Part shown: in pieces, positions 10,891-25,800 of the stretch
Layout of the letters: each line of letters begins with the position of its first letter
Position numbering within the stretch: position 1 is the stretch's first letter
Source of the DNA: Balanoglossus misakiensis
Lineage: Eukaryota; Animalia; Hemichordata
Direction: 5' to 3'
DNA: 64,000 bases
NCBI GenBank assembly: GCA_040954595.2
Contig: CM082579.2
Span: 14,794,550-14,858,549, forward strand
Translations under genes and position numbers: made by a program
Notes under the pieces: generated by a model
Databases searched by the model: none
The model's input: only the letters and a program-made list of their open reading frames with translations
What the model was told of the DNA's origin: nothing

Positions 10891-13800
10891 AGGACCTTTC
10901 ATGCTTAAACCCCTGTTCTTCTGTTATAAACTTTGAAAACCGTTCGTTTTCAGACTGCAGATTGCTCGAATAACGCGGCACACTGCCGAAACAATAAAAC
11001 AAATACTAGTGGGAGCTCATAAAATAAAATCGCTCAACCATTCCGTCGTCCTGAGTGACCTCAGCCACATTAATTCCGACGTCTTTTTAGGGTCATGAAA
11101 AAAGTCACAAATAAGGTATTTCCCCTAGGTCCACCTGAAGCAAAAAGTTTTCGTTTCGACTCCATCATTCCGAATAGTAAGAAAGCAACAAAATTGAAAA
11201 GACAGATGTAAAATGCAATCTCTCTCACGTGGTAACGTTTGTAACTATGGCAATCACGGTACGTGTTCAGTACACAGACAGGGAGAAAAGTTTCCCCATG
11301 CAATACATGTGTTCAGTAAGGTTTGACCTTGGTTTTACTTTGTACCATGATCGCCGCTTTCTAAGCATGGATGAACGACGGCGGTCAGACCCAATCGAAC
11401 CCTTTCATGTCAGATGACCACGGTATCTCCAGTGTGAGATGACATTTGACAAACCATTTGATTTCAACAAAATCTTCGAGTCGTCAACGCGTCGCATACC
11501 AGTCGCATATCGGTATTTACCCAATCATAAAAGTTGGAAATTCGGGAGACTCGATCTGCAACCAAGTTGAGAGTAAATTTTGACGTTTGACTATTGGCAA
11601 GTAAACAGGTTACACAATGACTTGTCGGTTTTTCCTCCGTCATGGTCGTTCTTGACCCAAGTGTCCTTCCTTGACATTTAGACACACCTTGCGGTATGAC
11701 CTTGGTGGTCATGTGCAATTAGTTTTCTTGTATAAGACGCTTTTCATGCCGGGGTAGACGACTTGTGCGTGGATCATCAACATTTCAGTGATATTTCAAC
11801 GCAAAGTTTTAGCAATATTGAGAAAACAGGTAGTGAGGTGTCAAATGCATATCAATGTACGAAAATTAGGTCAAGCCACCCGACAGCAACCGCTTTCACA
11901 CAGTGTCGGACGTTGCACGGAATGTGAAACGTTACACTGCTTCGGCCGTTCACATGCACCTGGGCGTGGTTTTGATTGATGGTCAAACGCCCCCACTTAC
12001 TTTGGGCGTTTTCAATGGTAAATGTGTCGTATTGATCGAAACCTTGCCGTAAACACATTTTTTTTGCTGAATCAACATTCAGAGTTCAGCCGTCTAGTTA
12101 ACGAAGTATTGAAATAAGCCACTTGTTCATCATTTTTTGTCTGTCAAACGTGTTTATTCGGACAGGGACCGGCCGCCAATGAGTGGTTTAGGGAGCCCAC
12201 ACGTACACTCTGGTACCTGGACAATTAACAAAGACATGACGTGTGTACCGTCCGGTTCGAAAAGATTGGTTTAAGGTAGTCCTGGTAACAGTCATCCTAA
12301 CGAGGCCAGGGGAGGTCTCCAAGGGCGAAATAAACAAAGCTACCGATGACGAGTCGAATTCGAATCGGACGATGCTTGTTTTCGACTTTGCAAAATCTCA
12401 AAATTTCGTAGATTTTTGAAAAAAAACATGGGTAAAAATCATCAAAAAATGACAAATTTTCGACTTTGCAAAATCTCACAATTTCGTCGATTTTTGAAAA
12501 AAAATCATGGGTGAAAATGCATCAAAAAATGAGAAATTTTCGACTTTGCAAAATCTCAAAATTTCGTCAATTTTGAAAAAAATCATGGGTGAAAATCATC
12601 AAAAAATGACAAATTTTCGACTTTGCAAAATCTCAAAATTTCGTCGATTTTTGAAAAAAATCATGGGTGAAAAATCATCAAAAAAATGACAAATTTTCGA
12701 CTTTGCAAAATCTCAAAATTTTGTTGATTTTTGAAAAAAATCATAGGTGAAAATCATCAAAAAATGACAAATTTTCGACTTTGCAAAATCTCAAAATTTC
12801 GTCGATTTTTGAAGAAAATCATGGGTGAAAATCATCAAAAAATGACAAATTTTCGACTTTGCAAAATCTCAAAATTTTTTCGATTGTTGAAAAAAATCAT
12901 CGGTGAAAATCATCAAAAAATGACAAATTTTCGACATTGCAAAATCTCAAAATTTCGTAGATTTTTGAAAAAAAACGGGTAAAAATCATCAAAAAATGAC
13001 AAATTTTCGACTTTGCAAAATCTCAAAATTTCGTCCATTTTTAAAAAAAAAACATGGGGGAAAATCATCAAAAAATGACAAATTTTCGACTTTGCAAAAT
13101 CTCAAAATTTCGTCAATTTTGAATAAAAATCATGGGTGAAAATCATCAAAAAATGACAAATTTTCGACTTTGCAAAATCTCACAATTTCGTCGATTTTTG
13201 AAAAAAAATCATCGGTGAAAATGCATCAAAAATGAGAAATTTTCGACTTTGCAAAATCTCAAAATTTCGTCAATTTTGAAAAAAATCATGGGTGAAAATC
13301 ATCAAAAAATGACAAATTTTCGACTTTGCAAAATCTCAAAATTTAGTCGATTTTTGAAAAAAATCATGGGTGAAAAATCATCAAAAAAATGACAAATTTT
13401 CGACTTTGCAAAATCTCAAAATTTTGTTGATTTTTGAAAAAAATCATAGGTGAAAATCATCAAAAAATGACAAATTTTCGACTTTGCAAAATCTCAAAAT
13501 TTCGTCGATTTTTGAAAAAAAATCATGGGTGAAAATCATCAAAAAAATGACAAATTTTCGACGTTGCAAAATCTCAAAATTTTGTTGATTTTTGAAAAAA
13601 ATCATAGGTGAAAATCATCAAAAAATGACAAATTTTCGACTTTGCAAAATCTCAAAATTTCGTCGATTTTTGAAGAAAATCATGGGTGAAAATCATCAAA
13701 AAATGACAAATTTTCGACTTTGCAAAATCTCAAAATTTTTTCGATTTTTGAAAAATATCATTGGTGAAAATCATCAAAAAATGACAAATTTTGAAAAAAA

Positions 13801-16800
13801 AACGGTTGAAAATCATCAAAAAATGACACATTTTCGACTTTGCAAAATCTCAAAATTTTTTCGATTGTTGAAAAAAATCATCGGTGAAAATCATCAAAAA
13901 ATGACAAATTTTCGACTTTGCAAAATCTCAAAATTTCGTCGATTTTTGAAAAAAATCATGGGTGAAAATCATCAAAAAAATGACAAATTTTCGACGTTGC
14001 AAAATCTCAAAATTTTGTTGATTTTTGACAAAAATCATAGGTGAAAATCATCAAAAAATGACAAATTTTCGACTTTGCAAAATCTCAAAATTTCGTCGAT
14101 TTTTGAAGAAAATCATGGGTGAAAATCATCAAAAAATGACAAATTTTCGACTTTGCAAAATCTCAAAATTTTTTCGATTTTTGAAAAATATCATTGGTTA
14201 AAATCATCAAAAAATGACAAATTTTGAAAAAAAAACGGATGAAAATGATCAAAAAATGACACATTTACGACTTTGCAAAATCTCAAAATTTCGTCGATTT
14301 TTGAAAAAAAAATCATGGGTGAAAATCATCAAAAAATGAAAATTTTTCGTCTTTGCAAAATCTCAAAATTTCGTCCATTTTTGAAAAAAAAATCATGGGT
14401 AAAAATCATCAAAAATGACAAATTTTCGTCTTTGCAAAATCTCAAAATTTCGTCGATTTTTGAAGAAAATCATGGGTGAAAATCATCAAAAAATGACAAA
14501 TTTTCGACTTTGCAAAATCTCAAATTTTTTTCGATTTTTGAAAAAAGACATGGGTGAAAATCATCAAAAAATGACAAATTTTCGACTTTGCAAAATCTCA
14601 AAATTTCGTAGATTTTTGAAAAAAAACATGGGTAAAAATCATCAAAAAATGACAAATTTTCGACTTTGCAAAATCTCAAAATTTCGTCAATTTTGAATAA
14701 AAATCATGGGTGAAAATCATCAAAAAATGACAAATTTTCGACTTTGCAAAATCTCAAAATTTTTTCGATTGTTGAAAAAAATCATCGGTGAAAATCATCA
14801 AAAAATGACAAATTTTCGACTTTGCAAAATCTCAAAATTTCGTCAATTTTGAATAAAAATCATGGGTGAAAATCATCAAAAAATGACAAATTTTCGACTT
14901 TGCAAAATCTCACAATTTCGTCGATTTTTGAAAAAAAATCATGGGTGAAAATGCATCAAAAAATGAGAAATTTTCGACTTTGCAAAATCTCAAAATTTTG
15001 TTGATTTTTGAAAAAAATCATAGGTGAAAATCATCAAAAAATGACAAATTTTCGACTTTGCAAAATCTCAAAATTTCGTCGATTTTTGAAGAAAATCATG
15101 GGTGAAAATCATCAAAAAATGACAAATTTTCGACTTTGCAAAATCTCAAAATTTTTTCGATTTTTGAAAAAAAACATGGGTGAAAATCATCAAAAAATGA
15201 CAAATTTTCGACTTTGCAAAATCTCAAAATTTCGTAGATTTTTGAAAAAAAACATGGGTAAAAATCATCAAAAAATGACAAATTTTCGACTTTGCAAAAT
15301 CTCAAAATTTCGTCCATTTTTAAAAAAAAAACATGGGGGAAAATCATCAAAAAATGACAAATTTTCGACTTTGCAAAATCTCAAAATTTCGTCAATTTTG
15401 AATAAAAATCATGGGTGAAAATCATCAAAAAATGACAAATTTTCGACTTTGCAAAATCTCACAATTTCGTCGATTTTTGAAAAAAAATCATGGGTGAAAA
15501 TGCATCAAAAATGAGAAATTTTCGACTTTGCAAAATCTCAAAATTTCGTCAATTTTGAAAAAAATCATGGGTGAAAATCATCAAAAAATGACAAATTTTC
15601 GACTTTGCAAAATCTCAAAATTTAGTCGATTTTTGAAAAAAATCATGGGTGAAAAATCATCAAAAAAATGACAAATTTTCGACTTTGCAAAATCTCAAAA
15701 TTTTGTTGATTTTTGAAAAAAATCATAGGTGAAAATCATCAAAAAATGACAAATTTTCGACTTTGCAAAATCTCAAAATTTCGTCGATTTTTGAAGAAAA
15801 TCATGGGTGAAAATCATCAAAATATGACAAATTTTCGACTTTGCAAAATCTCAAAATTTCGTCGATTTTTGAAAAAAATCATGGGTGAAAATCATCAAAA
15901 AAATGACAAATTTTCGACGTTGCAAAATCTCAAAATTTTGTTGATTTTTGAAAAAAATCATAGGTGAAAATCATCAAAAAATGACAAATTTTCGACTTTG
16001 CAAAATCTCAAAATTTCGTCGATTTTTGAAGAAAATCATGGGTGAAAATCATCAAAAAATGACAAATTTTCGACTTTGCAAAATCTCAAAATTTTTTCGA
16101 TTGTTGAAAAAAATCATCGGTGAAAATCATCAAAAAATGACAAATTTTCGACTTTGCAAAATCTCAAAATTTCGTCAATTTTGAATAAAAATCATGGGTG
16201 AAAATCATCAAAAAATGACAAATTTTCGACTTTGCAAAATCTCACAATTTCGTCGATTTTTGAAAAAAAATCATGGGTGAAAATGCATCAAAAAATGAGA
16301 AATTTTCGACTTTGCAAAATCTCAAAATTTTGTTGATTTTTGAAAAAAATCATAGGTGAAAATCATCAAAAAATGACAAATTTTCGACTTTGCAAAATCT
16401 CAAAATTTCGTCGATTTTTGAAGAAAATCATGGGTGAAAATCATCAAAAAATGACAAATTTTCGACTTTGCAAAATCTCAAAATTTCGTAGATTTTTGAA
16501 AAAAAACATGGGTAAAAATCATCAAAAAATGACAAATTTTCGACTTTGCAAAATCTCAAAATTTCGTCGATTTTTGAAGAAAATCATGGGTGAAAATCAT
16601 CAAAAAATGACAAATTTTCGACTTTGCAAAATCTCAAAATTTTTTCGATTTTTGAAAAAAGACATGGGTGAAAATCATCAAAAAATGACAAATTTTCGAC
16701 TTTGCAAAATCTCAAAATTTCGTAGATTTTTGAAAAAAAACATGGGTAAAAATCATCAAAAAATGACAAATTTTCGACTTTGCAAAATCTCAAAATTTCG

Positions 16801-19800
16801 TTCATTTTTAAAAAAAAAACATGGGGGAAAATCATCAAAAAATGACAAATTTTCGACTTTGCAAAATCTCAAAATTTTTTCGATTTTTGAAAAAAGACAT
16901 GGGTGAAAATCATCAAAAAATGACAAATTTTCGACTTTGCAAAATCTCAAAATTTCGTAGATTTTTGAAAAAAAACATGGGTAAAAATCATCAAAAAATG
17001 ACAAATTTTCGACTTTGCAAAATCTCAAAATTTCGTCCATTTTTAAAAAAAAAACATGGGGGAAAATCATCAAAAAATGACAAATTTTCGACTTTGCAAA
17101 ATCTCAAAATTTCGTCAATTTTGAATAAAAATCATGGGTGAAAATCATCAAAAAATGACAAATTTTCGACTTTGCAAAATCTCACAATTTCGTCGATTTT
17201 TGAAAAAAAATCATGGGTGAAAATGCATCAAAAATGAGAAATTTTCGACTTTGCAAAATCTCAAAATTTCGTCAATTTTGAAAAAAATCATGGGTGAAAA
17301 TCATCAAAAAATGACAAATTTTCGACTTTGCAAAATCTCAAAATTTAGTCGATTTTTGAAAAAAATCATGGGTGAAAAATCATCAAAAAAATGACAAATT
17401 TTCGACTTTGCAAAATCTCAAAATTTTGTTGATTTTTGAAAAAAATCATAGGTGAAAATCATCAAAAAATGACAAATTTTCGACTTTGCAAAATCTCAAA
17501 ATTTCGTCGATTTTTGAAGAAAATCATGGGTGAAAATCATCAAAATATGACAAATTTTCGACTTTGCAAAATCTCAAAATTTCGTCGATTTTTGAAAAAA
17601 ATCATGGGTGAAAATCATCAAAAAAATGACAAATTTTCGACGTTGCAAAATCTCAAAATTTTGTTGATTTTTGAAAAAAATCATAGGTGAAAATCATCAA
17701 AAAATGACAAATTTTCGACTTTGCAAAATCTCAAAATTTTTTCGATTGTTGAAAAAAATCATCGGTGAAAATCATCAAAAAATGACAAATTTTCGACTTT
17801 GCAAAATCTCAAAATTTCGTCAATTTTGAATAAAAATCATGGGTGAAAATCATCAAAAAATGACAAATTTTCGACTTTGCAAAATCTCACAATTTCGTCG
17901 ATTTTTGAAAAAAAATCATGGGTGAAAATGCATCAAAAAATGAGAAATTTTCGACTTTGCAAAATCTCAAAATTTTGTTGATTTTTGAAAAAAATCATAG
18001 GTGAAAATCATCAAAAAATGACAAATTTTCGACTTTGCAAAATCTCAAAATTTCGTCGATTTTTGAAGAAAATCATGGGTGAAAATCATCAAAAAATGAC
18101 AAATTTTCGACTTTGCAAAATCTCAAAATTTCGTAGATTTTTGAAAAAAAACATGGGTAAAAATCATCAAAAAATGACAAATTTTCGACTTTGCAAAATC
18201 TCAAAATTTCGTCGATTTTTGAAGAAAATCATGGGTGAAAATCATCAAAAAATGACAAATTTTCGACTTTGCAAAATCTCAAAATTTTTTCGATTTTTGA
18301 AAAAAGACATGGGTGAAAATCATCAAAAAATGACAAATTTTCGACTTTGCAAAATCTCAAAATTTCGTAGATTTTTGAAAAAAAACATGGGTAAAAATCA
18401 TCAAAAAATGACAAATTTTCGACTTTGCAAAATCTCAAAATTTCGTCCATTTTTAAAAAAAAAACATGGGGGAAAATCATCAAAAAATGACAAATTTTCG
18501 ACTTTGCAAAATCTCAAAATTTCGTCAATTTTGAATAAAAATCATGGGTGAAAATCATCAAAAAATGACAAATTTTCGACTTTGCAAAATCTCACAATTT
18601 CGTCGATTTTTGAAAAAAAATCATGGGTGAAAATGCATCAAAAATGAGAAATTTTCGACTTTGCAAAATCTCAAAATTTCGTCAATTTTGAAAAAAATCA
18701 TGGGTGAAAATCATCAAAAAATGACAAATTTTCGACTTTGCAAAATCTCAAAATTTAGTCGATTTTTGAAAAAAATCATGGGTGAAAAATCATCAAAAAA
18801 ATGACAAATTTTCGACTTTGCAAAATCTCAAAATTTTGTTGATTTTTGAAAAAAATCATAGGTGAAAATCATCAAAAAATGACAAATTTTCGACTTTGCA
18901 AAATCTCAAAATTTCGTCGATTTTTGAAGAAAATCATGGGTGAAAATCATCAAAATATGACAAATTTTCGACTTTGCAAAATCTCAAAATTTCGTCGATT
19001 TTTGAAAAAAATCATGGGTGAAAATCATCAAAAAATGACACATTTTCGACTTTGCAAAATCTCAAAATTTTTTCGATTGTTGAAAAAAATCATCGGTGAA
19101 AATCATCAAAAAATGACAAATTTTCGACTTTGCAAAATCTCAAAATTTCGTCGATTTTTGAAAAAAATCATGGGTGAAAATCATCAAAAAAATGACAAAT
19201 TTTCGACGTTGCAAAATCTCAAAATTTTGTTGATTTTTGACAAAAATCATAGGTGAAAATCATCAAAAAATGACAAATTTTCGACTTTGCAAAATCTCAA
19301 AATTTCGTCGTTTTTTGAAGAAAATCATGGGTGAAAATCATCAAAAAATGACAAATTTTCGACTTTGCAAAATCTCAAAATTTTTTCGATTTTTGAAAAA
19401 TATCATTGGTTAAAATCATCAAAAAATGACAAATTTTGAAAAAAAAACGGGTGAAAATGATCAAAAAATGACACATTTACGACTTTGCAAAATCTCAAAA
19501 TTTCGTCGATTTTTAAAAAAAAATCATGGGTGAAAATCATCAAAAAATGAAAATTTTTCGTCTTTGCAAAATCTCAAAATTTCGTCCATTTTTGAAAAAA
19601 AAATCATGGGTAAAAATCATCAAAAATGACAAATTTTCGTCTTTGCAAAATCTCAAAATTTCGTCGATTTTTGAAGAAAATCATGGGTGAAAATCATCAA
19701 AAAATGACAAATTTTCGACTTTGCAAAATCTCAAATTTTTTTGATTTTTGAAAAAAGACATGGGTGAAAATCATCAAAAAATGACAAATTTTCGACTTTG

Positions 19801-22800
19801 CAAAATCTCAAAATTTCGTAGATTTTTGAAAAAAAACATGGGTAAAAATCATCAAAAAATGACAAATTTTCGACTTTGCAAAATCTCAAAATTTCGTCAA
19901 TTTTGAATAAAAATCATGGGTGAAAATCATCAAAAAATGACAAATTTTCGACTTTGCAAAATCTCACAATTTCGTCGATTTTTGAAAAAAAATCATGGGT
20001 GAAAATGCATCAAAAAATGAGAAATTTTCGACTTTGCAAAATCTCAAAATTTCGTCAATTTTGAAAAAAATCATGGGTGAAAATCATCAAAAAATGACAA
20101 ATTTTCGACTTTGCAAAATCTCAAAATTTCGTCGATTTTTGAAAAAAATCATGGGTGAAAAATCATCAAAAAAATGACAAATTTTCGACTTTGCAAAATC
20201 TCAAAATTTTGTTGATTTTTGAAAAAAATCATAGGTGAAAATCATCAAAAAATGACAAATTTTCGACATTGCAAAATCTCAAAATTTCGTCGATTTTTGA
20301 AGAAAATCATGGGTGAAAATCATCAAAAAATTACAAATTTTCGACTTTGCAAAATCTCAAAATTTTTTCGATTTTTGAAAAATATCATTGGTGAAAATCA
20401 TCAAAAATGACAAATTTTGAAAAAAAACGGGTAAAAATCATCAAAAAATGACACATTTTCGACTTTGCAAAATCTCAAAATTTTTTCGATTGTTGAAAAA
20501 AATCATCGGTGAAAATCATCAAAAAATGACAAATTTTCGACTTTGCAAAATCTCAAAATTTCGTCGATTTTTGAAAAAAATCATGGGTGAAAATCATCAA
20601 AAAAATGACAAATTTTCGACGTTGCAAAATCTCAAAATTTTGTTGATTTTTGACAAAAATCATAGGTGAAAATCATCAAAAAATGACAAATTTTCGACTT
20701 TGCAAAATCTCAAAATTTCGTCGATTTTTGAAGAAAATCATGGGTGAAAATCATCAAAAAATGACAAATTTTCGACTTTGCAAAATCTCAAATTTTTTTC
20801 GATTTTTGAAAAATATCATGGGTGAAAATCATCAAAAAATGACAAATTTTGAAAAAAAAACGGGTGAAAATGATCAAAAAATGACACATTTACGACTTTG
20901 CAAAATCTCAAAATTTCGTCGATTTTTGAAAAAAAATCATGGGTGAAAATCATCAAAAAATGAAAATTTTTCGTCTTTGCAAAATCTCAAAATTTCGTCC
21001 ATTTTTGAAAAAAAAATCATGGGTAAAAATCATCAAAAATGACAAATTTTCGTCTTTGCAAAATCTCAAAATTTCGTCGATTTTTGAAGAAAATCATGGG
21101 TGAAAATCATCAAAAAATGACAAATTTTCGACTTTGCAAAATCTCAAATTTTTTTCGATTTTTGAAAAAAGACATGGGTGAAAATCATCAAAAAATGACA
21201 AATTTTCGACTTTGCAAAATCTCAAAATTTCGTAGATTTTTGAAAAAAAACATGGGTAAAAATCATCAAAAAATGACAAATTTTCGACTTTGCAAAATCT
21301 CAAAATTTCGTCAATTTTGAATAAAAATCATGGGTGAAAATCATCAAAAAATGACAAATTTTCGACTTTGCAAAATCTCACAATTTCGTCGATTTTTGAA
21401 AAAAAATCATGGGTGAAAATGCATCAAAAAATGAGAAATTTTCGACTTTGCAAAATCTCAAAATTTCGTCAATTTTGAAAAAAACCATGGGTGAAAATCA
21501 TCAAAAAATGACAAATTTTCGACTTTGCAAAATCTCAAAATTTCGTCGATTTTTGAAAAAAATCATGGGTGAAAAATCATCAAAAAAATGACAAATTTTC
21601 GACTTTGCAAAATCTCAAAATTTTGTTGATTTTTGAAAAAAATCATAGGTGAAAATCATCAAAAAATGACAAATTTTCGACTTTGCAAAATCTCAAAATT
21701 TCGTCGATTTTTGAAGAAAATCATGGGTGAAAATCATCAAAAAATTACAAATTTTCGACTTTGCAAAATCTCAAAATTTTTTCGATTGTTGAAAAAAATC
21801 ATCGGTGAAAATCATCAAAAAATGACAAATTTTCGACTTTGCAAAATCTCAAAATTTCGTCGATTTTTGAAAAAAAATCATGGGTGAAAATCATCAAAAA
21901 AATGACAAATTTTCGACGTTGCAAAATCTCAAAATTTTGTTGATTTTTGAAAAAAATCATAGGTGAAAATCATCAAAAAATGACAAATTTTCGACTTTGC
22001 AAAATTTCAAAATTTTTTCGATTTTTGAAAAATATCATTGGTGAAAATCATCAAAAAATGACAAATTTTGAAAAAAAAACGGGTGAAAATCATCAAAAAA
22101 TGACACATTTTCGACTTTGCAAAATCTCAAAATTTTTTCGATTGTTGAAAAAAATCATCGGTGAAAATCATCAAAAAATGACAAATTTTCGACTTTGCAA
22201 AATCTCAAAATTTCGTCGATTTTTGAAAAAAATCATGGGTGAAAATCATCAAAAAAATGACAAATTTTCGACGTTGCAAAATCTCAAAATTTCGTCGATT
22301 TTTGAAGAAAATCATGGGTGAAAATCATCAAAAAATGACAAATTTTCGACTTTGCAAAATCTCAAAATTTTTTCGATTTTTGAAAAATATCATTGGTGAA
22401 AATCATCAAAAATTGACAAATTTTGAAAAAAAAACGGGTGAAAATCATCAAAAAATGACACATTTTCGACTTTGCAAAATCTCAAAATTTTTTCGATTGT
22501 TGAAAAAAATCATCGGTGAAAATCATCAAAAAATGACAAATTTTCGACTTTGCAAAATCTCAAAATTTCGTCGATTTTTGAAAAAAATCATGGGTGAAAA
22601 TCATCAAAAAAATGACAAATTTTCGACGTTGCAAAATCTCAAAATTTTGTTGATTTTTGACAAAAATCATAGGTGAAAATCATCAAAAAATGACAAATTT
22701 TCGACTTTGCAAAATCTCAAAATTTCGTCGATTTTTGAAGAAAATCATGGGTGAAAATCATCAAAAAATGACAAATTTTCGACTTTGCAAAATCTCAAAA

Positions 22801-25800
22801 TTTCGTCCATTTTTGAAAAAAAAATCATGGGTAAAAATCATCAAAAATGACAAATTTTCGTCTTTGCAAAATCTCAAAATTTCGTCGATTTTTGAAGAAA
22901 ATCATGGGTGAAAATCATCAAAAAATGACAAAATTTTCGACTTTGCAAAATCTCAAAATTTCGTCGATTTTTGAAAAAAATCATGGGGGAAAATCATGAA
23001 AAAATGACAAATTTTCCTCTTTGCAAAATCTTAAAATTTCGTCGATTTTTGAAAAAAATCATCGGTGAAAATCATCAAAAAATGACAAATTTTCGACTTT
23101 GCAAAATCTCAAAATTTCGTCGATTTTTGAAAAAAATCATGGGTGAAAATCATCAAAAAAATGACAAATTTTCGACGTTGCAAAATCTCAAAATTTTGTA
23201 GATTTTTGACAAAAATCATAGGTGAAAATCATCAAAAAATGACATATTTTCGACTTTGCAAAATCTCAAAATTTCGTCGATTTTTGAAGAAAATCGTGGG
23301 TGAAAATCATCAAAAAATGACAAAATTTTCGACTTTGCAAAATCTCAAAATTTCGTCGATTTTTGAAAAAAATCATGGGGGAAAATCATGAAAAAATGAC
23401 AAATTTTCCTCTTTGCAAAATCTTAAAATTTCGTCGATTTTTGAAAAAAAATCATGGGTGAAAATCATCAAAAAATGACAAATTTTCGTCTTTGCAAAAT
23501 CTCAAATTTTCGTCGATTTTTGAAAAAAAATCATGGTTGAAAATCATCAAAAAATGACAAAATTTTCGACTTTGTAAAATCACAAAATTTCGTCGATTTT
23601 GAAAAAAATCATAGGTTCGTCGATTTTTTAAAAAAAAACATGGGTGAAAATCATCAAAAAATGACAAATTTTGAAAAAAAACGGGTGAAAATCATCAAAA
23701 AATGACACATTTACGACTTTGCAAAATCTCAAAATTTCGTCGATTTTTGAAAAAAAATCATGGGTGAAAATCATCAAAAAATGAAAATTTTTCGTCTTTG
23801 CAAAATCTCAAAATTTCGTCCATTTTTGAAAAAAAAATCATGGGTAAAAATCATCAAAAATGACAAATTTTCGTCTTTGCAAAATCTCAAAATTTCGTCG
23901 ATTTTTGAAGAAAATCATGGGTGAAAATCATCAAAAAATGACAAATTTTCGACTTTGCAAAATCTCAAAATTTTTTCGATTTTTGAAAAAAGACGGGTGA
24001 AAATCATCAAAAAATGACACATTTTCGTCGACTTTGCAAAATCTCAAAATTTCGTCGATTTTTGAAAAAAATCATGGGGGAAAATCATGAAAAAATGACA
24101 AATTTTCCTCTTTGCAAAATCTCAAAATTTCGTCGATTTTTAAAAAAAGACATGGGTGAAAATCATCAAAAAATAACAAATTTTCGACTTTGCAAAATCT
24201 CAAAATTTCGTCCATTTTTGAAAAAAAATCATGGGTAAAAATCATCAAAAAATGACAAATTTTGAAAAGAAAACGGGTGAAAATCATCAAAAAATGACAC
24301 ATTTTCGACTTTGCAAAATCTCAAAATTTCGTCGATTTTTGAAAAAAAATCATGGGTGAAAATCATCAAAAAAATGACAAATTTTCGACGTTGCAAAATC
24401 TCAAAATTTTGTTGATTTTTGAAAAAAATCATAGGTGAAAATCATCAAAAAATGACAAATTTTCGACTTTGCAAAATCTCAAAATTTTTTCGATTTTTGA
24501 AAAATATCATTGGTGAAAATCATCAAAAAATGACAAATTTTGAAAAAAAACGGGTGAAAATCATCAAAAAATGACACATTTTCGACTTTGCAAAATCTCA
24601 AAATTTTTTCGATTGTTGAAAAAAATCATCGGTGAAAATCATCAAAAAATGACAAATTTTCGACTTTGCAAAATCTCAAAATTTCGTCGATTTTTGAAAA
24701 AAATCATGGGTGAAAATCATCAAAAAAATGACAAATTTTCGACGTTGCAAAATCTCAAAATTTCGTCGATTTTTGAAGAAAATCATGGGTGAAAATCATC
24801 AAAAAATGACAAATTTTCGACTTTGCAAAATCTCAAAATTTTTTCGATTTTTGAAAAATATCATTGGTGAAAATCATCAAAAAATGACAAATTTTGAAAA
24901 AAAAACGGGTGAAAATCATCAAAAAATGACACATTTTCGACTTTGCAAAATCTCAAAATTTTTTCGATTGTTGAAAAAAATCATCGGTGAAAATCATCAA
25001 AAAATGACAAAATTTTCGACTTTGTAAAATCACAAAATTTCGTCGATTTTGAAAAAAATCATAGGTTCGTCGATTTTTTAAAAAAAAACATGGGTGAAAA
25101 TCATCAAAAAATGACACATTTACGACTTTGCAAAATCTCAAAATTTCGTCGATTTTTGAAAAAAAATCATGGGTGAAAATCATCAAAAAATGAAAATTTT
25201 TCGTCTTTGCAAAATCTCAAAATTTCGTCCATTTTTGAAAAAAAAATCATGGGTAAAAATCATCAAAAATGACAAATTTTCGTCTTTGCAAAATCTCAAA
25301 ATTTCGTCGATTTTTGAAGAAAATCATGGGTGAAAATCATCAAAAAATGACAAAATTTTCGACTTTGCAAAATCTCAAAATTTCGTCGATTTTTGAAAAA
25401 AATCATGGGGGAAAATCATGAAAAAATGACAAATTTTCCTCTTTGCAAAATCTTAAAATTTCGTCGATTTTTGAAAAAAATCATCGGTGAAAATCATCAA
25501 AAAATGACAAATTTTCGACTTTGCAAAATCTCAAAATTTCGTCGATTTTTGAAAAAAATCATGGGTGAAAATCATCAAAAAAATGACAAATTTTCGACGT
25601 TGCAAAATCTCAAAATTTTGTTGATTTTTGACAAAAATCATAGGTGAAAATCATCAAAAAATGACATATTTTCGACTTTGCAAAATCTCAAAATTTCGTC
25701 GATTTTTGAAGAAAATCATGGGTGAAAATCATCAAAAAATGACAAAATTTTCGACTTTGCAAAATCTCAAAATTTCGTCGATTTTTGAAAAAAATCATGG

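Noticed and set aside
12165-12270. tRNA or tRNA-derived SINE head (GAGTGGTTTAGG A-box-like, GGTTCGAA B-box-like)
   Set aside because: The B box lacks the terminal CC, the spacing is too long, and no cloverleaf stems could be formed.
7900-12300. Short ORFs (60-85 aa) and possible downstream exons of the hAT gene
   Set aside because: No recognisable domains, several overlap MITEs, and no HCxxH or hAT dimerisation motif was found.
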